From Nitrospirota bacterium (GTDB lineage: Bacteria; Nitrospirota; Thermodesulfovibrionia; Thermodesulfovibrionales; UBA9159): a stretch of 64,000 bases of DNA. The notes under the pieces were generated by a model. It was not told the DNA's origin. It saw only the letters and a list, made by a program, of their open reading frames with translations, and made no database searches. Made by a program: the position numbers and the translations under genes. Shown here one piece after another: positions 21,250 through 33,333 of the stretch; position 1 is the first letter of the stretch; each line of letters begins with the position of its first letter. The stretch is taken from positions 32,001 through 96,000 of the forward strand of contig CAVOUE010000010.1 in the NCBI GenBank assembly GCA_963699545.1, written 5' to 3'.

Positions 21250-22284
21250 TTAACGCAGCGGCGGGGCATACATCAGCCCTCCCTGTGTCCAGAGCCGATT
21301 CAGTCCACGCTCGAGCTTGAGCGCGCTGCCGCGGCCGACGTTTCTTTCGAACATCTCGCCGTAGTTCCCCACTGCTTTGACCGCCTGCACCGCCCAGTCG
21401 TCACGGACACCAAGCGCTTTGCCGAAGCCGCCATCAATGCCCAACGCACGCCGCAGCGCAGGATCACGCGTCTCTTTGAGGCTAGCAGCGACATTGTCGC
21501 GCGTGATACCCGCCTCTTCTGCGGCAATCAAAGCGAACAGCACCCAGCGGACAAGGGTAACCCAGTCATCGTCGCCCCGACGGACGGACGGCCCGAGCGG
21601 CTCCCTGGAAACCCGCTCAGGCAAGATGTCGAAAGACTCCGGACCTCCAGGGGCCTGAAGGCGCACGGCTGCGAGCTGCGAGGCATCAGACGTATATGCA
21701 CGACAGCGGCCAGTGAAAAACGCTGAGGCGACATCGGCGGTGGAGTTTAAGATGAGCGGAGTGACTTTCATGCCGCGTGCATCAAAGAAATCGGTCAGAT
21801 TCTGTACGTGGGTGGTCCCCTTCTCAACGCATACCGTCGTCCCGTTCAGTTGGACGATATTCTGAACGCCGGTCTTCCTTGACACCATAAAGGCCTGTCC
21901 GTCATAAAACAGAACGCCGGGGAACTGCACTTTCAGTCCCGCCTCGCGCCCGAGTGTCCAGGTGGTGTTTCGGAGGAGGAGATCGACGGCACGACTTTCG
22001 AGAGCGGGAAAACGCTCGGAAGCCTTCAGCGGCACGAAGACCACTTTCTCGGTATCGCCGAGCACCGCTGCGGCAACCGCTCGGCAGAAATCGACATCGA
22101 ACCCGGTCCAGCGACCCGCAGCATCCCTTGTTGAAAATCCTGCGATCCCTTCGCTTACCCCACACCGCAGATGGCCACGGGACTTCATCGCATCAAGGGT
22201 CTCACCTGCCTGCACGGTGAGTGGCAGCGCCGCAAGGAACAGATTGCAGACCGCGAGGAGCACAATACATTTGCCGTACTTCAT
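21250..22284 (-). CDS. Amino-acid solute-binding protein, AapJ/BztA-like
   Basis: Signal peptide; LRCGV, GFDVDFCRAVAAA, RNTTWT, EPLGPSVRRGD, VGNYGEMFERN, GGLMYAPP. Confidence 0.9.
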   Translation of the reverse strand: MKYGKCIVLLAVCNLFLAALPLTVQAGETLDAMKSRGHLRCGVSEGIAGFSTRDAAGRWTGFDVDFCRAVAAAVLGDTEKVVFVPLKASERFPALESRAVDLLLRNTTWTLGREAGLKVQFPGVLFYDGQAFMVSRKTGVQNIVQLNGTTVCVEKGTTHVQNLTDFFDARGMKVTPLILNSTADVASAFFTGRCRAYTSDASQLAAVRLQAPGGPESFDILPERVSREPLGPSVRRGDDDWVTLVRWVLFALIAAEEAGITRDNVAASLKETRDPALRRALGIDGGFGKALGVRDDWAVQAVKAVGNYGEMFERNVGRGSALKLERGLNRLWTQGGLMYAPPLR

Positions 22285-22636
22285 TCAGGTTATTGCCCCT
22301 GTTTTAGGATCGGACCCTGCCGCAGATTGTCGCCTACCTGTAACTATCATCGATAGTATAATGCAGTTGCGGAAAGCCTGCTGTCAAGACGGCAGTCCTT
22401 TGACGCGTCTGTACGCCAACCGTGCTGCAGATAGTGGCAACTGACAAGCGCAGGTGCCTGCAAGAACGCGCTGCGCATGCGCTTCATTGAAGAAAAGAAC
22501 GCGCACTTCAGCGATCAGCGGCCCAGAGAGATGTTGTCCGCATCTTTGAAACCTGATACAATGCTGGTGACAGACATTTTTTTGCTTTTCTTTAATAGCC
22601 ATACTGTCCCGGAGGACAACTGCGGGAGTGAGAGCT

Positions 22637-23386
22637 ATGTACAAACTCGTTTTACTCAGACACGGACAGAGCATCTGGAACAGGGAGAACCTCTTCACGG
22701 GGTGGACCGACGTGGACCTGTCTGAAGAAGGGGTGGAGGAGGCAAAGGAGGCAGGCCGCGTTCTGAGAGAGCAGGGCTTTACCTTTGAGATCGCCTTCAC
22801 CTCTGTATTGAAACGGGCTATCCGGACGCTCTGGATCGTGATGGATGAGATGGACCTCATGTGGGTTCCCGTAGTTCGCGACTGGCGACTGAACGAACGG
22901 CATTACGGCGCGCTTCAGGGACTGAACAAGGCCCAGACAGCCGAAAAATACGGGGAGCAGCAGGTGAAAATATGGCGGCGCAGTTATGACATCAGGCCCC
23001 CTGCACTTGAAGAAGGAGACCCACGGAATCCGTCAAAGGACAGGCGGTACAGAGAACTCCGCAAAGATCAGATACCCCTCACCGAGTGTCTGAAGGACAC
23101 CGTGGAACGCTTCCTCCCCTGCTGGAATGACGTGATCTCCCCTGCGGTGCGTTCCGGAAAGCCGGCGCTTATTGCTGCGCACGGCAACAGCCTCCGGGCT
23201 CTGGTGAAATACCTCGACACTATCTCCGACGACACCATCACAGAGCTGAACATCCCCACCGGGATACCCCTTGTCTATGAACTCAACGATTCACTGAGAC
23301 CGATACGGAACTATTATCTTGGAGACCCTGACAAGGTCAGGACGGCAACAGAGGCCGTGGCGAGCCAGGGCAGAATAAAGCAGTAG
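22637..23386 (+). CDS. gpmA: 2,3-BPG-dependent phosphoglycerate mutase
   Basis: [33 protein letters not shown]. Confidence 0.95.
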   Translation: MYKLVLLRHGQSIWNRENLFTGWTDVDLSEEGVEEAKEAGRVLREQGFTFEIAFTSVLKRAIRTLWIVMDEMDLMWVPVVRDWRLNERHYGALQGLNKAQTAEKYGEQQVKIWRRSYDIRPPALEEGDPRNPSKDRRYRELRKDQIPLTECLKDTVERFLPCWNDVISPAVRSGKPALIAAHGNSLRALVKYLDTISDDTITELNIPTGIPLVYELNDSLRPIRNYYLGDPDKVRTATEAVASQGRIKQ

Positions 23387-23396
23387 GAAAGGAAAC

Positions 23397-24830
23397 ATGG
23401 TGACTCTGCCGGCGCACAAGACAAAGATCATCTGCACCATCGGGCCGTCCTCGGATTCTCCGGAGGTCCTGAAGGCGATAATGCGGGCGGGCATGGATGT
23501 GGCACGACTCAATTTTTCACACGGCGTGTTCGACGAGCACAAGAGGGTTATCAACACCATCCGCGCAGCTGCAGCCGAGGTCGGCAAACGCATCGCGATC
23601 CTGGCTGATCTGCCGGGCCCGAAGATCCGTATAGGCCAGTTTGGACAGGAGCCGGTAGAACTGAAACCGGGCGACTCCTTCACCCTGACCACCGAAACCA
23701 TAAGAGGCAACGCTGAGCGCGTCTCGGTGACCTTCGAGAGGCTGCCCCGGGCAGTAAAGCCGGGGGATACCCTCTTCCTCAATGATGGACTCATACAACT
23801 TGAGGTGATGAACGTCACGGCCAATGACGTACAATGCCGTGTGCTCGTGGGTGGCGAGCTGCGGTCCAGGAAAGGACTTAACCTCCCCGGCATCGACCTC
23901 GGCATCAGCGCCTTCACCGAGCGTGACGGGGAATGCATGCAGTTCGCCCTTGCGCAGGGAGTGGATGCCATCAGCCAGTCCTTTGTCGAGAGTGGTGCCG
24001 ACATTGCCGCTGTCCGGAGCGCTGCATCAGCCCTCGGCTACAACCCCTTTGTTATCGCCAAGATCGAGCGTTCCAGGGCGCTGGAACGCATCGAAGAGAT
24101 CATGGATGCGGCGGACGGGATCATGGTCGCCCGCGGCGACCTTGGCGTTGAAGTCCCGATCGAACAGATCGCTATCGTGCAGAAACGGCTTATGCGTCTT
24201 GCGAACATGCGTGCAAAACCGGTCATCACGGCGACACAAATGCTCGAGTCAATGACTGATAACAGCCGTCCTACCAGGGCCGAGGTCACAGACGTGACGA
24301 ACGCCATTCTTGACGGGACCGACTGCGTCATGCTCTCCGAGGAGTCGGCCATGGGCAAGTATCCTGTAGATGCCGTGGCAATGCTGGCAAAGATTGCAAG
24401 CTCCGCGGAGCCGTATCGACCTGCCACTACGGTAAGACAGATGTTCAAGGGAATTGATCTCAAAGGAAAGCTTCGACCGGCCCACCTTGTCGCCGTCGGA
24501 GTGGAAGCGAGTCTCGAATACATGGTACCGGCAGCCGTGTTTGTCCCGACGAGGAGCGGGGCTACTGCGCGGAGTATCGGGCGGTTCCGCCTTCCGGTCT
24601 GGACGGTGGCCGTAAGTTCTCAGGAGGCAACCTGTCAGCAACTCCAATTCTCTTCGGGGGTCTATCCGGTACACGAACCGGAACATCCTGAGAACTGGAA
24701 CAGCTATGTCAAAAAGTGGCTAGCTGATCATGGCCTTGAAGGAAACCTTGTCGTTCTCACAGAGGGACCTTCATCAAGGCACCCTGAAGCGAATCACCGC
24801 ATGGAGATCATCGATTTGGAACAGGCATGA
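23397..24830 (+). CDS. pyk: Pyruvate kinase
   Basis: TKIICTIGP, RLNFSHG, IAKIE, MVARGDLG, ATQMLESM, DCVMLS. Confidence 0.95.
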   Translation: MVTLPAHKTKIICTIGPSSDSPEVLKAIMRAGMDVARLNFSHGVFDEHKRVINTIRAAAAEVGKRIAILADLPGPKIRIGQFGQEPVELKPGDSFTLTTETIRGNAERVSVTFERLPRAVKPGDTLFLNDGLIQLEVMNVTANDVQCRVLVGGELRSRKGLNLPGIDLGISAFTERDGECMQFALAQGVDAISQSFVESGADIAAVRSAASALGYNPFVIAKIERSRALERIEEIMDAADGIMVARGDLGVEVPIEQIAIVQKRLMRLANMRAKPVITATQMLESMTDNSRPTRAEVTDVTNAILDGTDCVMLSEESAMGKYPVDAVAMLAKIASSAEPYRPATTVRQMFKGIDLKGKLRPAHLVAVGVEASLEYMVPAAVFVPTRSGATARSIGRFRLPVWTVAVSSQEATCQQLQFSSGVYPVHEPEHPENWNSYVKKWLADHGLEGNLVVLTEGPSSRHPEANHRMEIIDLEQA

Positions 24831-25125
24831 GAGGACCGCGAACCTCCTGTCAAATGAAGCGCCCTTGCACAGCGGGAGTTCCTTTCCGGCGATACCATCT
24901 TTCTTTCCTGTGAAATCGTCACGCTCGTGTTGATAATTTCATTTTAACGTGTTAGTCTTTCTTATGCGTAAAAGCAGTGTCCTACCAGTTTGGGTCGGTT
25001 TCCCGGCATGGTATGAACAAAAAAAAAAGACAGGCGACCCCTCTGTCACAGGAGATAGTTCGCACTCTGTCCGGGGACATGGCCTCAGGCCGCATCCTTA
25101 ACCCTTTATAGGAGCCATCCCATCC

Positions 25126-26287
25126 ATGAAGAAGCGCATAATCCTCGCCCTCATCGGCCTTGTTATTCTCATCGCCATTCTGGGCGCTGTCAAGGCCCTG
25201 CAGATCGGTGCGATGATCGACCAGGGCAAGAAGTTCGTACCGCCGCCCGAGACCGTGACCTCTGCAGTAGTAAAGGCCGATTCGTGGGAGACCGCCCTGA
25301 CCGCGGTCGGCACGCTGAACGCTGTGCAGGGGGTCACCGTGGCCGCCGAATTGGTGGGCAAGGTGGTCAAGATCGCCTTCGAGCCCGGCACGTCGGTGAA
25401 GAAAGGGGACATCCTGCTTCGCCAGGACACCTCCTCTGAAGAGGCCCAACTCCCCGGCGCCGTGGCCCAGGCGGACCTGGCCCGGACGAACCTCGAGAGG
25501 GCCGAGCAGTTGTTTGCAAAGGGGATAATCGCCCGGGCCGACCTCGATAATGCCGTGGCAAACGCCGAGCAGGCACAGGCACAGGCCGAAAACATACGGG
25601 CCACCATCGCCAAAAAGACGATCCGGGCCCCCTTCAGCGGCCAGCTCGGCATTCGTCAGGTCAACCTCGGGCAGATCCTCCGCGAGGGGGATCCCATCGT
25701 CACCCTGCAGTCGCTCGACCCGATCTATGTCGACTTCACCCTGCCCCAGCAGCAGCTCCCGCATGGTCCACCCCGGCCTCCCGGTACGGGTGACGGGCGA
25801 TGCCCTGCCGGGCGTGACGATCGAGGGTCGGGTCACTGCCATGAACCCGCAGGTCGACGCCGAAACCCGCAACATCAAGGTTGCAGGCTACGGTCGCCAA
25901 CCGCGCCGGAAAACTGCGACCCGGGATGTTCGTCAACGTGGCGGTAGGATTGCCAGCCCGCCAGAAGGTGCTGGCCATTCCGGCCACTGCGGTCCTCTAC
26001 GCCCCCTACGGCGACTCGGTCTTCGTCATCGAGGCGCAAAGGGAGGAAAGGAGGGAAGGCAGTCATCACTGCGCCAGCAGTTCGTGCGCCTGGGCGAGAA
26101 ACGCGGCGACTTTGTGGCCGTGACCAGCGGGCTTAAGGAAGGCGAGACTATCGTCAGCACCGGCGTCTTCAAGCTGCGTAACGGCCAGGCAGTGGTGATC
26201 GACAACAAGCTTGGCGCCCCGCCTTCCAGAAGCGCCCCAGGCCGGAGAACAATGACCGGTCCTGCTCAGGACAGAGCCCATTTATGA
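25126..26287 (+). CDS. RND efflux periplasmic adaptor (frameshifted; end approximate)
   Basis: N-terminal anchor, IRAPFSG, LRPGMFV, GLKEGETIV spread over three frames. Confidence 0.85.
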
Positions 26288-29200
26288 AAATCACCGATCT
26301 CTTTATCCGCCGGCCTGTCTTGGCCCTTGTGGTCAACCTGATCATCGTCATTGCCGGTCTGCAGGCGATCCGCACGCTCAATGTCCGGCAGTACCCGCGC
26401 AGCGAGAACGCGGCGGTGACGGTGACCACCGTCTACGTCGGCGCCAGCGCCGATCTGGTGCGCGGTTTCGTCACCACGCCGCTGGAGCGGACCATCGCGG
26501 CAGCCGACGGCATCGAGTATATGGAGTCGCAGAGCAGCCTCGGGCTCTCGACCATCAAGGTGCGCCTCAAGCTCAACTACGACTCCACCAAGGCACTGGC
26601 CGAGATCAGCTCCAAGGTCGACCAGGTGCGCCGCGACCTCCCGCCCGGAGGCCGAGGTGCCGGTCATTAACATCGAGTCGGCCGACAGCCAGTTCGCCTC
26701 GGCATACCTCAGTTTCACCTCCGACATCCTGAAGCAGAATGAGATCACCGAATACCTGGTGCGCATCGTCCAGCCCCGTCTGTCGGCCATCGAAGGGGTA
26801 CAGCGGGCCGACATCCTCGGCGCCCGCACCTTTGCCATGCGCATCTGGCTCAAGCCCGAGCGGATGGCCGCTCTCAACATCAGCCCGGCCCAGGTGCGCC
26901 AGGCGCTGGCTGCCAACAACTTTCTGGCTGCCCTCGGCCGGAGCAAGGGCGCCTTCATCCAGGTCAACCTGACCGCCAATACCAACCTGAAAACGGTCGA
27001 GGAGTTCAGACGCCTTGCGGTGCGCGATCAAAACGGCGCCATCGTGCGTCTTGGCGACATCGCCGATGTCGTGCTCGGGGCTGAGGACTACGACGCCGAA
27101 GTCCATTTCTCCGGTCAGACTGCGGTCTTCATGGGGATCTGGCCGCTCCCCAACGCCAACTCCGTGGATGTCATCAAGCGGGTGCGGACCGAGATGGCCT
27201 CCATTCAGCGCGACTTGCCGAGCGGCATGCAGTCCCGTGTCGCCTATGACGCCACCAACTATATCACCAACGCCATCCATGGAGGTGCTCAAGACCCTCG
27301 GCGACACGCTGCTGATCGTGGTCGTCGTCATCTTCCTCTTCCTCGGTTCCTTCCGTTCGGTCTTCATCCCGGTGGTGGCCATCCCGGTCTCTCTTATCGG
27401 CGCGGTCTTCCTGATGCAGGCCTTCGGCTTTACCGTCAACCTGCTCACCCTTCTCGCCGTCGTCCTCTCGGTCGGTCTGGTTGTCGACGATGCCATCGTT
27501 GTGGTCGAGAATGTGGAGCGCCACCTGCGCGAGGGAAAATCATCTCTGGAGGCCGCCCTGCTCGGCGGCCGCGAACTGGTCGGACCGATCATCGCCATGA
27601 CCATCACCCTTGCGGCGGTCTATCTCCCCATCGGTCTGCAGGGAGGATTGACCGGCTCGCTGTTCCGCGAGTTCGCCTTCACCCTGGCCGGCGCTGTCAC
27701 CATCTCCGGGATCGTGGCCCTGACCCTTTCTCCGGTCATGTCGGCCAGACTGCTCAAACCCGGGAGTGGAGGAGCACGGCTTGGCCGGCCGCATCTCCCG
27801 CGACTTCAGGCGTCTGAGAAACGCATACGGCAGGTTGCTCAGCGGCCACCCTGAATGCCCGTCCTGCGGTCTACACGGTCTGGATCATGATCACCCTGCT
27901 GACCGTGCCGATGTTCATGATGTCTGCCAGGGAACTGGCCCCGACCGAGGACCAGGGGGTAATCTTCGGTATCCTCGACGCCTCGGCCAACTCGACCCTC
28001 GATCAGAACAGCCGCTTATGCAGCGGCGGTCAACCAGGCCTTTATGAGTGTGCCGGAGACCGACTTCACCTTCCAGATCACCTTCCCCAATTCGGGCTTC
28101 GGCGGCATGGTGGTCAAGCCGTGGAATGAACGCAAACGCAACAATCTTCAAGATCCTGCCTGAGGTCCAGCAGAAGCTTCAGGTGATCCCCGGCATCCAG
28201 ATATTCCCGGTAACGCCTCCGGCGCTCCCCGGCGGCGGACAGTTTCCCGTGGAGTTCATTCTGGCCTCGACGGCCGAGACCAGCGCAGATCCTCGATTTC
28301 GCCCAGCAGATTGCAGCTGAAGGCCATACAAAGCGGCATGTTCGCCTTTCCGCCGCAGATCGACGTCAAGATCGACCAGCCCCAGTCGGAATTCCTCATC
28401 GACCGCGACAAGGTCGCTGACCTGGGGCTCGAACCTGGAACAGGTCGGCGCCGACCTGGGAGGCATGGTGGGCGGTGACTTCGTCAACCGCTTCGATATC
28501 TCCGGACGCAGCTACAAAGTCATCCCCCAGATCCAGCGGGTCGGCCGCCTTAACCCGGAACAGCTCCAGGATGTCTACGTCACCGGCCCCAACGGCAAGC
28601 TGATCCCGCTGAGCACGATCGCCACCCTGCGCGATTCGGTCGTGCCCCGCTCTCTCAACCGCTTCCAGCAGCTCAACGCAGTCAAGATCAGCGGCGTGGC
28701 GGTGCGGCCTCTTGGACGAGGCCCTGCGCTATCTGGAGGACGAGGCGGCGAAGATCCTGCCGAAGGGGTACGTCCTCGACTACACCGGTGAGTCGCGCCA
28801 GCTCCGCACCGAGGGGAACAAGTTCCTGCCCGCCTTTGGCCTGGCAGTCATCCTGATATTCCTGGTGCTGGCTGCCCAGTTCAACAGCTTCCGCGACCCC
28901 TTCGTCATCCTGGCAGGTTCGGTGCCGCTGGCCATGTTCGGCGCGCTGATCTTCACCTTCCTGAAGATGCCGGACCCGAATGTCCCCTTCTGGACCCGCG
29001 GCTGGACCACCACTCTCAACATCTACTCCCAGGTCGGCCTGGTGACGCTGGTGGGGTTGGTGTCCAAGAACGGCATCCTGATCGTGGAGTTCGCTAACCG
29101 GCTGCAGCTGCAGGGCCACTCCAAACTTGAGGCGGTGCGCGAAGCGGCCATGACCCGTCTGCGGCCGATCCTGATGACCAGCGCTGCAACGATCGCCGGT

Positions 29201-29389
29201 CATTTTCCGCTGACCCTCGTCACCGGCGCCGGCGCCGCTGCCCGTAACTCCATCGGTCTTGTGCTGGTGGGCGGCATGTTCGTCGGCACTCTCTTCACCC
29301 TTTTCGTCGTTCCCTCGATTTACATGCTCATAGCACGCGACCACACCAAAGACCGCGAACGCGAAGCGGTCATCGCGTCGGGACCCTGA
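26284..29389 (+). CDS. RND efflux permease, MexW/MexI-like (many frameshifts)
   Basis: FIRRPVLA, GLVVDDAIVVVEN, KNGILIVEF, RLRPILMT across successive ORF fragments. Confidence 0.88.
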
Positions 29390-29490
29390 CCTCCTGAACA
29401 TATCAGTCTTGATCTTGTCTCCTTATCTGATACAATAAATTGATCCGCGATGCGAACACAACCATTGCATAAATGAATGGAGGCATGAGC

Positions 29491-30054
29491 ATGGAAGAAA
29501 CTTTCACTATTCTCGGTTTTGCCGGAAGCCTGCGGAAGGGCTCTTTCAATAAAGCCCTCTTACGGGCTGCCCTGGAACTCCTTCCGGAAGATGTAAAACT
29601 CGATGTGTTTGATCTTGATGGGATCCCTCCCTACAACCAGGATCTGGAAAATCAGCCTGTACAAAAGGTTAAGGAGTTCAAGGCCAAAATAAAAGCTGCC
29701 GATGCTATTCTCATAGCTACGCCTGAATACAATTACTCCATTCCAGGCGTGTTGAAAAATGCCATCGACTGCGCTTCCCGACCCTATGGAGATAACGCGT
29801 TCGCACATAAGCCGGTGGCTATCATGGGCGCTGCCCCCGGCATGCTGGGGACCGCGAGGGCCCAGTATCATTTGCGGCAATGCTTTGTTTTCCTGAGTTG
29901 TTTTGCCCTGAACCAACCGGAGGTCATGGTATCCTTTGCCCAGGAAAAGATTGACAAGGACGGCAAGGTGACCGATCAGAAGACGAGAGAGCTCATTAAG
30001 CAACTGCTGGAGAACCTTGTTGCCTGGACCAGAAGATTGACACCTCCTAAGTGA
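29491..30054 (+). CDS. NADPH-dependent FMN reductase (ChrR-like)
   Basis: GSLRKGSFN, TPEYNYSIPGVLKNAID, RAQYHLRQ. Confidence 0.9.
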   Translation: MEETFTILGFAGSLRKGSFNKALLRAALELLPEDVKLDVFDLDGIPPYNQDLENQPVQKVKEFKAKIKAADAILIATPEYNYSIPGVLKNAIDCASRPYGDNAFAHKPVAIMGAAPGMLGTARAQYHLRQCFVFLSCFALNQPEVMVSFAQEKIDKDGKVTDQKTRELIKQLLENLVAWTRRLTPPK

Positions 30055-30509
30055 AAACGAAAGGTTGCAGGAATAGCTCTCTTTTTTCTTGAATCCGCGC
30101 AGTGCACCTGAAAACTAACATTGTTTCCGTGCTGGCGAATAATGTGTGATTCACCGACAACTAAACACTTTTCAAAAAGTGAAACAGTTGAGGATTTACG
30201 ATTGAAATCCACACAAAAAAAGAGGGAGGCAATAGCCCCGCCCTTTCTCATATTACCGAACTCCGCCAGCGAAGGCACGGACGTAAATGAGGACAAAAAG
30301 CGCGGTTGGTATAATATGAAACAATTGTCTTGCTCATCTCCGGGTATACTTTACCTCTTAGACAACCTCTTACGTATTAACTTCACGAATGAATACTTGC
30401 GGTTCGATAAGAGTTGTTATTTACGCCAGCTGGTCAGCACTGACCGATATGTGAAACATTTTACAAAATACCAGAGTTCACTCAATAGCATAAATTTGAG
30501 CTAACATCG

Positions 30510-31265
30510 TCAAATCCTCATCCCGCCGTCAACTTCCAGAAAACGTCCTGTGAAAAAGTCATTTCTTATGATGAACTGGACAGCTTGTGATACTTCCTCT
30601 ATCGCGCCGAGCCTGCCCATCGGAATGGTCTGAATAATCCTGTTTAGCATATCCTCTCTGATCGTTTGCAACATCTCGGTATCGATAAATCCCGGGGCGA
30701 CGGCAGCAACTCTTATCCCGAACTTTGAAAGTTCTTTTGCCAACGTCACCGTCATCGCATCCACTGCGCCCTTGGAGGCAGAATAGTTCACTTGTCCCAC
30801 GTTGCCGCAGCGGCTTATGGAGGAAATATTGATTATCACACCTTTTACACCGTGCTTCACCATGTGGTAGGCAACCTCCCTTGAGAATAAGAATACGCCC
30901 GTAAGATTTATGTTAATAACCCTCTGCCAATTTTCATAAGGAAATTTCGTTACCTCCTCCCCTTTCTTCTTGATAAAGAGGCAGTCTGCTGTTATTCCAG
31001 CGTTGTTGATAAGTACGTCAGGAGGACCATACTCTTGGGTATATTTTTCGACAAAGGCTTCCACATTCTTCTCGTTGCTTACGTCAACAACCTTGCCCGG
31101 GATATCCGCCTCCTGTTTCAATGCATCGAGATGTTCCTGGTGAAGACACAAGACGTAAGGATTGGCACCGAGCGCCTTCAGGTCTAATGCGTATTGCCGT
31201 CCCAGCCCTCTTCCGCCGCCCGTAATAATTATGTTTTTGCCTGTGATGTCCATGACGTTCCTCAT
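30510..31265 (-). CDS. SDR oxidoreductase, FabG-like
   Basis: TGGGRGLG, NNAGI, YSASK, PGFIDT. Confidence 0.9.
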   Translation of the reverse strand: MRNVMDITGKNIIITGGGRGLGRQYALDLKALGANPYVLCLHQEHLDALKQEADIPGKVVDVSNEKNVEAFVEKYTQEYGPPDVLINNAGITADCLFIKKKGEEVTKFPYENWQRVININLTGVFLFSREVAYHMVKHGVKGVIINISSISRCGNVGQVNYSASKGAVDAMTVTLAKELSKFGIRVAAVAPGFIDTEMLQTIREDMLNRIIQTIPMGRLGAIEEVSQAVQFIIRNDFFTGRFLEVDGGMRI

Positions 31266-31344
31266 TTCCGCACTACATGTTCAGTTTTAGAAACTGTTTG
31301 GACCCAAGGGATTGGCCTTTGTTTCGAACCTGTTGTTCAAATTA

Positions 31345-31656
31345 CTAACGGCTCATGAGCAGGTCGATCGCAACTTCGCTAAAGTAGTTGCATCTATTTC
31401 CGTCATCACGAGCAGGGTCTATCGGACCTTTCCGCTTCGCGCTGGCATTTGCCTCATGCCCAGCACTGCCTAAATTCATGGCAGCCATATTTACTTCCTT
31501 TTCCGTCAATAATCCCTTGAACCTCCCGTCGTCTTCGAGAACAACGACCATATCCGCCTGTTTCTCTCTCATCTTTTTTGCGGCCGTACGGATCGATGCC
31601 GTAGGCCGAATTGTGACGATATCCCTGTGCAACAGCTGACTTGATATCATATTCAC
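31345..31656 (-). CDS. Small CBS-domain protein
   Basis: IVTIRPTASIRTAAKKM...VVLE...GLLTEKE CBS pattern; RBS AGGAGG. Confidence 0.65.
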   Translation of the reverse strand: MNMISSQLLHRDIVTIRPTASIRTAAKKMREKQADMVVVLEDDGRFKGLLTEKEVNMAAMNLGSAGHEANASAKRKGPIDPARDDGNRCNYFSEVAIDLLMSR

Positions 31657-31788
31657 CTCCTTGGGCCAATCCCCTTGGCCAAAATAGTCCCGATTTTCCG
31701 GCCCACATCATTTTTGTGGTTTTAGCCAGTTTTATAATTACAGATTTACTATACATAGTAATATTATTCTCAAGTCAGGAGCTTGTCA

Positions 31789-31802
31789 TTGATATTTGTC
31801 AA
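31789..31802. promoter_or_regulatory. Putative FNR/Crp-type binding site
   Basis: TTGATATTTGTCAA, one mismatch from TTGAT-N4-ATCAA, between the Crp/Fnr gene and the CBS/SDR genes. Confidence 0.55.
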
Positions 31803-31908
31803 GGAATGTATGCATAAATATCAAGCTGTTAAGACTTTTCAAACGGATAATGCTCAGACTTGTGATAGGTCCTTCAGTATTGAGGAGGCAAAAGAGGCTG
31901 AACAGGAT

Positions 31909-32805
31909 TTACAACCCACATCCTTGCTTCAGGCTGCAGGTATCGTTGACGATCAATGAACCCTTATCTCTCGTGATGATCTTTTCTTGTTCCAGTTTCT
32001 TTAGCAGCCGGCAAAGATATTCGGGAGTAATGGCGATCATCTGCGCCATCTCGTGGTGTTTCAAAGGTACTTGGATTTTGACCTGATGGGAAGACCCCTG
32101 CACGTCTGCCGTAATTTCATAGAGCAGCTGCTTCAACCGATCAATGGCAGGCAGACAGCCGAGGCCAACAAGAGTCTCGCTCTGCTTGTAGTACTCCCGG
32201 CTGAGCACGATGAGCATCTGGAATGAAAAGTGTGTGTCTGTCGATACATTGTTGAGGAAGGTCTCAGCAGATACGCTTCGCAGCGAGCAGTGCGTCAACG
32301 TGGTTGCCGTGAATGAGTACGTTTTTCCGAGTAGCACCGCTGGGGCCCCTATCATCCAATGCTGCCGGCGAAGACCGGCGATTACTTCACGCCCTGTTTG
32401 GACTGTCCGCGATAGCTTCAGGAGTCCGCTTTCCACAAGAAAGACGGCCTTTGCGGGGGTATCCTGCCTGAGTATATGGGTACCTGGGGGATATGCCCGA
32501 GAAGGTCCCCAGCAGAAGGCATTAGTGTCTTCTTTGCGAATGTCTAAGAAGACATCTGAACCGCGCCTGCTTTTCCGAGAAGACCTTGTTATCAGCGCAT
32601 CATACTGCTCTTTCGGTACGTGGCTGAGATCGATATAAAAATCAATCATTTTTTCGAAAATATCCGATGCATTCGGGGGATAGATGTTTTTGTAAGGATA
32701 TGAATCCCAGAAGTTTCTTGCGGCCTCTATGCCATCAAGCTGCATTTTTTGGAAGAAGTCGAAAAAGCATTTTGTAAAAAGAAAATTATTGAGGAGGTTG
32801 AGCAT
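31909..32805 (-). CDS. Crp/Fnr-family regulator with atypical N-terminal extension
   Basis: cNMP-binding-like domain (VFLVESGLLKL) and HTH (HHEMAQMIAITPEYLCRLL). Confidence 0.8.
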   Translation of the reverse strand: MLNLLNNFLFTKCFFDFFQKMQLDGIEAARNFWDSYPYKNIYPPNASDIFEKMIDFYIDLSHVPKEQYDALITRSSRKSRRGSDVFLDIRKEDTNAFCWGPSRAYPPGTHILRQDTPAKAVFLVESGLLKLSRTVQTGREVIAGLRRQHWMIGAPAVLLGKTYSFTATTLTHCSLRSVSAETFLNNVSTDTHFSFQMLIVLSREYYKQSETLVGLGCLPAIDRLKQLLYEITADVQGSSHQVKIQVPLKHHEMAQMIAITPEYLCRLLKKLEQEKIITRDKGSLIVNDTCSLKQGCGL

Positions 32806-33333
32806 AGATTTATCGTTTTTCTTCGCTAAACGTAGCTCCCAGGTTATTCAGGAAGAGTAATTCAGCTTCTAATCAATAAGTATCACAATATGTGTTGCTT
32901 GTCAAATCGGTATACGCATTGCAAGCATTTTCGACATTACCCATTTTCCGACAAGTGCGTGTCGCCAGCAGAGCTGCACACATCGGATCTGAACGAGGCA
33001 ACTCGCTCGGTGACTGCTTCGCATTCGGTCTTACCTCCTGAAGGATCATCCGACTGAAAGACCTTCGCCAGACGCTCATCCCCAACCCTTTCCTCTTCTC
33101 CACGATATGAGCCGTTATGATTTTACTATGTGCGGATAGCGACATGAACTCCGCAAACTCGGTGTGATGTAATCGGTGAAGTCACCGCTGGGTGCTGACA
33201 ATACGTGCTCATATCTTTTTAGAACATTTCCGATGAAGGTTACTCTTGGAATTCCGCACGAGTGGTGTTAGGGCACCCAGGTTCCCGCGATGCAAGTTTT
33301 TCACCTCCATCTTGTCTCAAATGAGGCTGGTGT

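Noticed and set aside
30121-33145. ORFs 30121-30504 (+) and 32873-33145 (-)
   Set aside because: No RBS or motif support and atypical composition; treated as intergenic or decayed sequence.
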